Shown here: one piece after another, positions 48,894 to 64,000 of the stretch
Position numbering within the stretch: position 1 is the first letter of the stretch
Layout: each line of letters opens with the position of its first letter
Source: Antedon mediterranea
Taxonomy: Eukaryota; Animalia; Echinodermata
Assembly: GCF_964355755.1 (NCBI RefSeq)
Contig: NC_092670.1
Span: 38,366,388 to 38,430,387, forward strand
Length of the DNA: 64,000 nucleotides
Direction: 5' to 3'
Notes under the pieces: generated by a model
Told to the model about the DNA's origin: nothing
Databases searched by the model: none
What the model saw: the letters and a program-made list of their open reading frames with translations, nothing else
Translations under genes and position numbers: made by a program

Positions 48894-51886
48894 TTGTATG
48901 ATAAATCACAGTTTTAAAAATTGTAATCCAATCTATAGAAAAAACATGGAGTAAACGGGGTCTTTAGGAAACAGATATACATGTGTGCTATTAACAAGCC
49001 TTATAATGCAAGATACATTGTGTCCCTTTAATAGTTGAATAGGTCATTTCAATGCCACAATAGTTATTGATTGGTTGATCACTTTATTTCATAATCAACA
49101 TTTCAGATAGGCCCTATACAACAAACAATACAAAACGCAAAATCACTTTGGCAATTTAGTTTAAAGATAAAGTATTAAATCTGAAAAAGCCCATTGTCTG
49201 GAAGTTATTTTGTTTAAAAATTTTTTTTTTTGTCTTTTCTATAAGAGAAATCGTCTTCTTTTAAGATATAAGTAATAGTTATTTGTCGTATTCAATTGGG
49301 ACTTTTACCGTTGAGTAATAGTACCAGCTACTTATTAATAACAAGAGTATTTTGAACGTTGAGATTGTTCTTAACGAAAGAACTTGCATGTTAAAGTTTT
49401 CTATTCGAATGATTTTCTTTTGAGCACAACCCGTTTACAATTTACAATTTGAATACAAGTCATACTCAACGAATCTTCATGTTGACAACGAAAGTTCCCA
49501 ATCGAATACGACAATTGGGTTGTAACCCCTATATCCTTTATATTTCAACATATCTGGTGTTGTTTGAACTGTCTATAATATCTGATAGAGTATTATTGTT
49601 ATTAATCAAGTACAGTATAATTATTATGTAGATAATACAGTATAAAATACTGTAGTCAACCATGAGTCAGAACTGTGTTAACAAATTGAGTGAGTTGTTA
49701 CGTTAATCAAAATGTAGAGAATGGATTGCTGTATTTTAAATAATAAAATAAAAGAAATCATTTCTGTTCACTTGAGTTTTTGTAGTTGCTGTTATTATTA
49801 TTAATATTATTATTTTTTTTTTTCCATTTTTGTTATTATTTTTTATTATAATTATAATTATTATGATTATTATAGGGACTAAGTTTCGCGGTACTATACG
49901 TACCATTTATTTGTATCAACAACAAAAATAATATATATATATATACAGTATTTCTTTAACACGAAACGTATTTGATACAAAACGAGTATGCAATGAGCCG
50001 AAGCTCTTAAACACATTCCCTATAATACTGATATCTAATTAGCAAATAAAACAATTAAAGTACAAATAGAAATTTTCAGCAGGGAATTTACAACTCTTTG
50101 CTTTTACGACACGACAACATAGCCTAGACTTCCAGTTTCTACTATTTGCCAAAATGCTTTTAAAGCATTGGCAAAGTCTAGGCATATTGTTTACAATTAA
50201 ATTTCAATTTTGCTTTTATTTCAAATGTACGTCCATGGTACAAACAAGCTACAAATACTATTGCAGCAAATTTAAATTGATAAATATACACACAAAAAAA
50301 ATGATATATGCATGTATGTAAGTTTGTTTTGACTAACGAACATCTACAAGTTTTAGGTTATCATTTTTTAATAGCTATACATGTCTAGAAAATCGATATA
50401 TTGATGATATAGAGATGATGTGATATATAAACCGAGCTTTTCTTTGAGCGGTAAAGTTATTATTTTCAACTTTATAAATAAATAAATTCATTTTTTTTTT
50501 CATAAAAAGAACATTACAGGCGAAGAGTATTGGTTTATTTTCTGTTTTTTTTTTTTGTTTTAGTAATTCGCGAAACTTACCCCTCAATGATCACGGGAGT
50601 TTTTCGATTTTATCTCGCATAGAATCGACTAGAATTGAATCGATCTCAATAATTTTGAAACAAAATTATATTGAAATATTCAACAGAGGGAGTCAGGGAA
50701 AAGTTAGCTTCAAGTGATCAATATTATACCGTGATTAAACTTCCTTGTTAACGTGTTTCCATGTGAATTGTCTAAAATCATAATGATAATTCTAATTAAC
50801 TGTTGTCCCCCTCCTTTCTTCAAGAACAAAGACATTCACGGTCTACATCTGATCTTAATATAGTTAGTGAAAATTATTTTATTCTGACAAAATAATTGGC
50901 GTCAACGGTTTTCCAAATTGTGTTTGTCTTATTGGATATTAACTATCAATGCATACTGGGTAGTTAACATTTTAAAAATGATCATTAAATAATTATATAA
51001 TAATATTACGTGTTCGTATTGATACATTCAAAAAGAGAAAAAGGATTTTAACGGATTCATTTTAACTTGTAGGCCCCACTGGGCATGGTAAGTAATAATA
51101 ATATTTATTTAAACAGTGGCACACATACGTAGATGGTGCGTCCATACCAATTACAAAATTTAATATAAAAACAATGGAAAATAAAAACTGAAACTAAAAT
51201 AAAACATATTTGAGATAACGACATAAAATTTGACTCGACCATGTATACCTCCATGACTCGACGCTATAGGCCTATATTAATATTTGATCGACTGTCTGAT
51301 GTTTCATAAAATCATAATACCGCCCTCTTTAGCGATGTGGTCCATGCCAGCAGTGTAACAAGGCTGTGGTATATTAATGCGCTATATTTCACATTAGTTT
51401 TTATAATATTAAACTGTATTTTATATACTGAAGAATATAAAATCAAATGTGGTTTTATAGTTAAATATTTTGTATTATGTAAATTGATATGTAATTTTAA
51501 AATGTTCTATTTTATGGTATTCTACGAACTATTTTGCGGAAGCATTTATATCGTTTTTAAACGGGCGGTATAAAGCAACCATGTGAGGCAAAAAGCCTTT
51601 CGTCCCTTACATTTTCTGGATTACGCTTCTCAAACGAGGCTTGTGAGCAAAAAAATTGCTTCACGACCCGTTAAAACATTTTGTTATTTGGTATTTCAAG
51701 CACAAAAAAAACAGTTGTAAGTTAAGTAAAACATTAACGATTTTTGAGTATCACAGCTATCAAAGGAGAGTCATATAGTAGCGAAATAACTGCCTGAAAA
51801 AAACCCCGTCAACCGTCCATATTGGAAGAATTCGTATTTCGTCAATTTCAACTTTGGGTCACGCAAATTATTTCGGTTTGTAATAA

Positions 51887-57627
<5,741 letters not shown>

Positions 57628-59939
57628 TGCTACAAGTATATCCGAGTTTTAAAAAAAAGAAAGAACTACTATACGACTCTCCTTTAATGATATAAAATAA
57701 GGAAAAAAAGCTAAAAAAATGGTAAAAGTAAATCATAAAAACGGTAAAAAATATCTTGAAAACAAACAACTGCCAAGTAACAAAACAGAGAAGCTATAAT
57801 CACAAAATGAATATGAAAGAAAATGGGACACACAAAAAAAAATGAAAAATAGGAAATCGGTGTTGAACACGCCAGTAGATGTTGATAAAAAAAACATGCT
57901 TAAATGCAGACTCTTAAGTAACTAAAAGCAATGCTATCTATGATAAAAAGAAATCACTTAAAAAAAACTATAAAATACATAAAAATAGAAAAATCTGTAG
58001 AAAAAAAACCATAAAAATATTGCTTACTGAAACAAAGTAGGTATACATGTGACCTCGTTCATTTTTTGATGACAATACTTTTTTTACATTTAATAGACAA
58101 ACAAAAAAATGAACTACAATATTTAATTTAATCATTCACCACGCCCAACTTATGTTAATAGACGTTGTTGTTGGTAAACATAAATTCACTATATAATTGT
58201 GGTTATTTAAATACAGCACAAACATTGTTTATTTGTTATGTGGTTTTTGACATTATTTCTTGCGTTCCTCATTGTAACACTAATTCTGTCTTGTGTGGAG
58301 AGATCTTAAATCTTGATGTATTGTGAATTATAAAAATGGTATATTTTTTTTGTACTAAGTCATTTACATGTGCTAATGTTGGGTGACATTATGTTGAAAA
58401 TACAATAAAAAGCAAATCATACATATATATTAATGTTTTTGGAGTTATTTGTTTGGAATTCAGTGTTTTGCCAATGTCTAGCATGGAGGCTATCCGCACA
58501 GTCGACCGTGTATCTATACGTTACAGACAACTATACCATGATTGACCATCTGATAGAAAACTACATTAAGCTCTGTCTACACTATCAAAGTTTGTGAAAA
58601 CTACCATGTTTGGGCACATCAAATAATTGTTGTTAAACTAGTTTGTTAGTGTAGACATAGCTTTACACACATAGTCAACCATGCAAAAAAAATAATATAT
58701 TAAGCATTGTCGACACTATCAAACTAGATTGCCAACAAAGTGTGATGTGGCCAAATATGGTGGTTATATGCCCAAATATGGTATATGACATCAACATGTC
58801 CATATATAGGCACATCACATTTTTTGTCACATAAAGTTTGATAGTGTGGACATAGCTTTACAAGCATAGTTCATCGTGTAGAAAGTCCTTATTGTCATTT
58901 ATGAACACTAGTAATTGTCTGTTGGTGCATAATCAGGATTTTGATTTCCAACATTTATCATGAATAATTATTATTAATGGAGAAGTTCTATAAGTGCGCC
59001 AGGCATGCAGTAGCCATATTATTATATAGGCCTACCCTCTACTATAACAATACGTCTATTACACTATTATCAAAACGCACGTGAGTGTGACTGGGAATTC
59101 TTTGTCACTAAAGAATGGTATTTGTGTTAAAGAGAATATTATTGCCTTCCTTTGAAATCTTATCCGAAGTAAAATCAGCTCATTAGTGACGGTAGGCCTA
59201 CAGTTAAAAAAATTACAAACATCAACGGTAAATAAATATTCTCAGTATACCCCTCGGGTTCGAATCTCGAGTGCCAAACAATAGGCCTACTTAACTTGTT
59301 AGGAATTCAAATTTGAATACTTACGAAAATCATATAACGTTAGTTAATAACTTTTTTCTAAAAGCAATAACACATCACATGGTAAGACCTTTGTGGCCAG
59401 AGAGAGGCAGGATCGTGAACAATACCACATGAAGTTATCAACGTTTTTACGCGCGCGTCCCAATAATGCGTACTTCTCTCTCCCTCCGTCCGTACCGCGT
59501 ATACTTCAACCTTTCCCTCCCAGCAGTGAAATGCACGTGTTTTTTTTGTAGTAGGCCTAAAAGCATCAGTCAGCATACAATACATTTATAAGAAGTCTAC
59601 CTAATAATATTATTTATTTACAAAAATAAATATTGAAGTGATATGCCTACTAAGTATACAAAAGTCATAAAAACATTTATAATCAGTTTAGTGAAATCAT
59701 ACATGTATAATCAATATTAATCGATAAGAAATATTATATTTCATATTTGTATTGGGTCATTATAGGTATAGGCCTAGTAGGCCTATGACCACATTTAATT
59801 ACAAACAAAATTACAGAACAAGTTTGTCTTCGTTTACATTTTGTGTGGTTCTTTATTTCTTTATTTCTTTATTTAAAACACTGCATTTTCCTAATTATCA
59901 AAATTATAAGTAGGGGTGCTTAAAAACGAGAATTCATTA

Positions 59940-60065
59940 TATCAAAGCGAGGCTTCCGATTTACATCAGGCCTCAAGGCTGCGTTTGCGCATTTAATAAA
60001 GCCACACCTTGACGTCATATGTAGAAAATGGTGGCAAAGAGAATTCGGGCGAAATGCAGTAAAAA
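59940..60065 (+). promoter_or_regulatory. Candidate promoter of the THAP gene with a full CRE
   Basis: TGACGTCA at 60010-60017 and YY1-like AAAATGG at 60025-60031, in CpG-richer DNA just upstream of the ATG. Confidence 0.45.
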
Positions 60066-63000
60066 ATGGTACACCAAAGATGTTGTATTCCGTGCTGCCG
60101 CAACGATTCCAGGACCTGCGAGAAAGCTATTTCTTTTCATGGAATTCCGAAAGACCCTGTAATGCGAAAGAAATGGCTGCATAAAATAGATTTTACAGAA
60201 GACAGAGTAAGTTTATCGAAAGCCGCCTTAACTGTTTATCGTTTGATAGGCCTATTTATTAGCATAGGCCTTGCGCCTTTTAAATAGAAGAGGCCTATTC
60301 AATTTAAAGGTGTTGGCTTAGAATAGGCTAAGCGATCATCGCGAGCAGAGCGATAGAATTGTTTTTAAAACCTAGCACTATTTACTCTACTAAATACACT
60401 TGATGTGGAGTAGTTAGTTTACTATTTATATGAAAATTAATTCTTATTCGATAGTTCGGAAATAAAGATTGCATTCGAGTTAAAACACATGTTTTGATCC
60501 AATGTGTTTGGATATACCCGTGCAAACAGGTGGTGCCGTGTGTGATCGGCGGCGGAGACAGACCTACAATGTTTATTTGGCTTAGGCCTAGGTGGTATAA
60601 GTTGGCCTAAAGTATTTTCGGTTACATAAATTTTAATATTCGTTACTTTGATGTTTGTATTGCATATTGAGCATAAAAAACCATATTGAATTAATTAATA
60701 TGGATCACACCAGATGATAAGCTAGTAGTAGGCCTACTAGTAGAAAGGATATTTTTGGGAACAAAAATGTTTCAGTATATCATGCTAAAAAGATCACAAA
60801 CTTTTTTAGTGTGGGAAATTATATATATAGATTGGTGATATTTTCAATTGATATTTGATGGTAATAAGTAAAAACTTTTAAACACAATTATTCAAACGCA
60901 CCAACAATAACATAATTGATATTGATCGGCTGGTAAATGCAACTTGGCTCATTCAATTATTTTAATTAGTCAAAGAAACATATGTTTTTGATTGTAGGCA
61001 TTGTTTAAGTTACGATAAATAGATACAACAATAACATTTCATAGAAATACCAGTCTGAATGAATAAATTGTGGTGAGAATTTAAGTTAAATTTGGCTTGT
61101 ATCTTGTAGTCTACTGTCTAAATCTATTTTTCACTATACAAATTTTAAGGTTTTTTTTTTTCAAGGCGTATTAATTTTTACCTTACACAAGTTTATTATT
61201 TAGAAAATCTGCTTTTGAAAGAAGAATAATTATACTTATAATAGTCAAGTATGTTTTGTATTTGGCCATAGGCCCAGTGAATCAGTTCCCTGAAAAGTAG
61301 AAGACAAATTATCACCTAATTGTACGAATCACATTTTTATATCAGAGTTATGAGGATTGGGTTTCGGTTATGCCTTATAATTGTTTGTTTAGGCCCCAGT
61401 TAACTCATTGGGCCAAAAGAAGGGTTTCTGTACCTTCTCTATAGATAATTATAAAAAAATCACTTAATCTTTTGAGGTACCCCCTTCAAAACCATCACAC
61501 TGTGACACAAAAAAATTTGGGAAATTTGCTTACACATTATATTACCTCAGCATCCCCCTTCCCCACAATTGGGGGATGTTATTTTTATTCTCTTAAATAA
61601 GTATTGCAGCCATGGACCTAAAGACCATGGTACAGCTAAATAGATGAGATGTTTTATAAAAGGGAGACACAGGAAGTGTACTAACTTTGGAGGTCGAAAT
61701 GGTTCAATGAAATCTGTTTTGTGTTCTTCATACACTACAAACTAATGCTGTAGATAATACTAATCTTTTTAATGCACAATCATGAATGATGTCTTATATA
61801 TACTGTTTTTTCCATTGTATACATTGTGTGTTTTTGTACTGTTTAAATGCTTTATTAAAAGCTTTATAAGCTAAAGCTTTTAATAAGCGAAGTCCTAAAA
61901 TTCACTTTGAATGTATAAAAATGATTTGTATAGAAAAAAACTAACAGTGACGCAGACATACACCTTGTATTCAACTCAATTTTAGTCAAAACCAACATTC
62001 CTAATACTGTTAGTCCACCCTCCACTTTTGTATTTTTGCTGTTTATGTAGTGTATAGTAACCTGTGTTATTAATTCTGCATTTAGATGCAATGCAAGTTC
62101 TTTTTTTAAACTAGACAATTTAATTTTAATTACCGGTACAAGAAACTAAACTAAAGCTCTACACTATCAAACTCTATGGCCCCCCCGGTAATTACCCCGT
62201 GGACAACTACCTCCTGAACCTGGACAATACTCCGAGGGCAAATAATCTTTTAGGACAACTACCTCCGTAGGACAACTAACCCCTGGACAACTAACCCCTG
62301 GACAACTACCCCCTGGACAATTACCCGCTAGGAACAATTACCCGCTAGGAACAATTACCTCCTGACAATTACCCCCCCCCCTCCTGGGTAATTACCCCGC
62401 GGACAACTACCTCTGACACAATACTCCCCGTAGGACAACGACCTCCTGGACCTGGACAATACTCCGAGGGGGGTTGTTGTCCTAAGGGGGTTGTTGTCCT
62501 AAGGGGGTTGTTGTCCTAAGGGGGTTGTTGTCCTAAGGGGGTTGTTGTCCTAGAGGGGGTAGTTGTCCTAGAGGGGGTAGTTGTCCTAGAGGGGGTAGTT
62601 GTCCTAGGGGGGGTAGTTGTCCTAAGGGGGTAGTTGTCCTAAGGGGGTAGTTGTCCTAAGGGGGTAGTTGTCCTAAGGGGGTAGTTGTCCTAAGGGGATA
62701 GTTGTCCTAAGGGGGTAGTTGTCCTAAGGGGGTAGTTGTCCTAAGGGGGTAGTTGTCCTAAGGGGGTAGTTGTCCTAAGGGGGTAGTTGTCCTAAGGGGG
62801 TAGTTGTCCTAGGGGGTAGTTGTCCTAGGGGGTAGTTGTCCTAAGGGAGTAGTTGTCCTAGGGGGGTAGTTGTCCTAGGTGGGTAGTTGTCCTTGGGGGT
62901 AGTTGTCCTTGGGGGTAGTTGTCCTTGGGGGGTAGTTGTCTGGGTGGTAAACATCCGGGGGGGGGGGGTAACTGTCTAGGGGGTAGGTGTCCTAGAACCG

Positions 63001-63821
63001 CTTAATATACTTCATAAAAAAATGTTTTAACTTGCGTAATAAAAAAAATATATGATTTTATAAATAAATCTATAATTAGCTTATCGGTGAATTTTGTGTA
63101 ATTTTTATCACTTAGTATAATCTTAATAATCCCACACCTAAAATAAAATGTGAGAATGTGCTTAAATAAAAATAAAGTTTCTTACAATAAAAGGTGCTTA
63201 TTATTATTAATAATAATTGTTATTATTTGTCCATAGCTTAAGAAACATACCAAGGTGTGTTCACTGCATTTCAGCCCAGATGACTTTGAACCGTATGAGT
63301 TGCGGCGGCGTATGTTACGTAAAGGGATCGTACCAACACGATTCCTTAAAGATGAAGACGGTCTACATAACCTTCGACCCATGAGAAGAAGAAGAAAGTA
63401 AGGCATTGTTGAATTGTCGATTTTTTAGATCAATCAATTTTACTGATTACAGATTTCTCGTACAGGCAACTCTCCCAATACTGGACACTTTTCTTTATGC
63501 GAGATATTTCCATTATATATTATGTATTTCACTTAACTCAATACATATTTAAGTGTTTCCCTTAGCCTAAATGTGAATAATGAAAACCTGCAAGGCAGTA
63601 GTTACCATTTACACAGGGTAATACTGTGTATTTAACATCTGAAAACTCTCTCAAGTTTCAAATGTATTACTCTGTGTAAAACGCTTTGATCTTTCTTTGG
63701 AAAGGCGCTTAATGATTATCTTTTTTCCTCCATAGTGCAAACAAAGTTTCAAAAGAGCCGATACCTTCTACCATCGCCAATCCAGTTGCCACCGTAGCAC
63801 AAAATTTTCAGCTTCCTAACA
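60066..63821 (+). CDS. THAP-domain (C2CH zinc finger) protein, 5' part; continues beyond the window
   Basis: Exons 60066-60206, 63237-63397 and 63736-63821: MVHQRCCIPCCRND...SFHGIPKDPVMRKKWLHKIDFTEDR|LKKHTKVCSLHFSPDDF...LRKGIVPTRF...RRRRN. This has the THAP CxxxC, F-x-x-P, W, CxxHF and AVPT-like (IVPT) boxes plus a basic NLS-like run. Confidence 0.85.
62180..62999. mobile_element. Deleted derivative of foldback-like element 1 in THAP intron 1
   Basis: C-rich array homologous to 7770-8210 directly abuts the inverted (GGGGGTAGTTGTCCTAA)n array. Same right end GGGTGGTAAACATCCGGGG...GGTGTCCTAGAACC. Confidence 0.85.
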
Positions 63822-64000
63822 GTAAGTCAAATATTATCTTTAGCTTATCAGTGGCTGCTAGATCTCAATAGAGATACAAAATATAATAAGCTAAAAGCTA
63901 AATCAAAACGATAAAGTAAAACAGCCAAAAAAATGAGTAGAGCATTCAGGCAACACTAGCCCTTCATGAGTACAAGTACACTAAATATATATAAATATCA

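Noticed and set aside
48387-48917. 176-aa ORF (IHPPAPFILQLHSS repeats)
   Set aside because: 17-bp minisatellite read through shifting frames; no splice or start support.

Overview
Eukaryotic, AT-rich invertebrate animal genomic DNA with GT-AG introns; an echinoderm or other deuterostome origin is a guess, not established. Six spliced protein-coding genes were reconstructed by hand: the last two exons of WDR48/UAF1 (+), a Rab20-like GTPase (-) head-to-head with splicing factor SF1/BBP (+), an unrecognised 131-aa Ser/Pro-rich protein (+), cytoplasmic poly(A)-binding protein PABPC (+), and the 5' part of a THAP-domain gene (+). Introns and intergenic DNA are crowded with non-autonomous elements: about 30 copies of one Harbinger-like MITE, plus Kolobok, hAT and Tc1/pogo MITEs, an RTE LINE, CR1/L2 and SINE fragments, Penelope-like ends and minisatellites. 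The most notable items are: (i) foldback-like elements with asymmetric CG...CC ends, about 7-bp TSDs, different subterminal repeat units and a shared internal module; (ii) the orphan protein carrying a Myc-type Fbw7 degron and a mode-I 14-3-3 site; (iii) a MITE built from CArG boxes; (iv) probable Tc1/pogo excision footprints; (v) a Penelope-type minimal hammerhead ribozyme core. Most ORFs in the supplied track are repeat artefacts or antisense shadows. All calls were made by eye; no database search was run.
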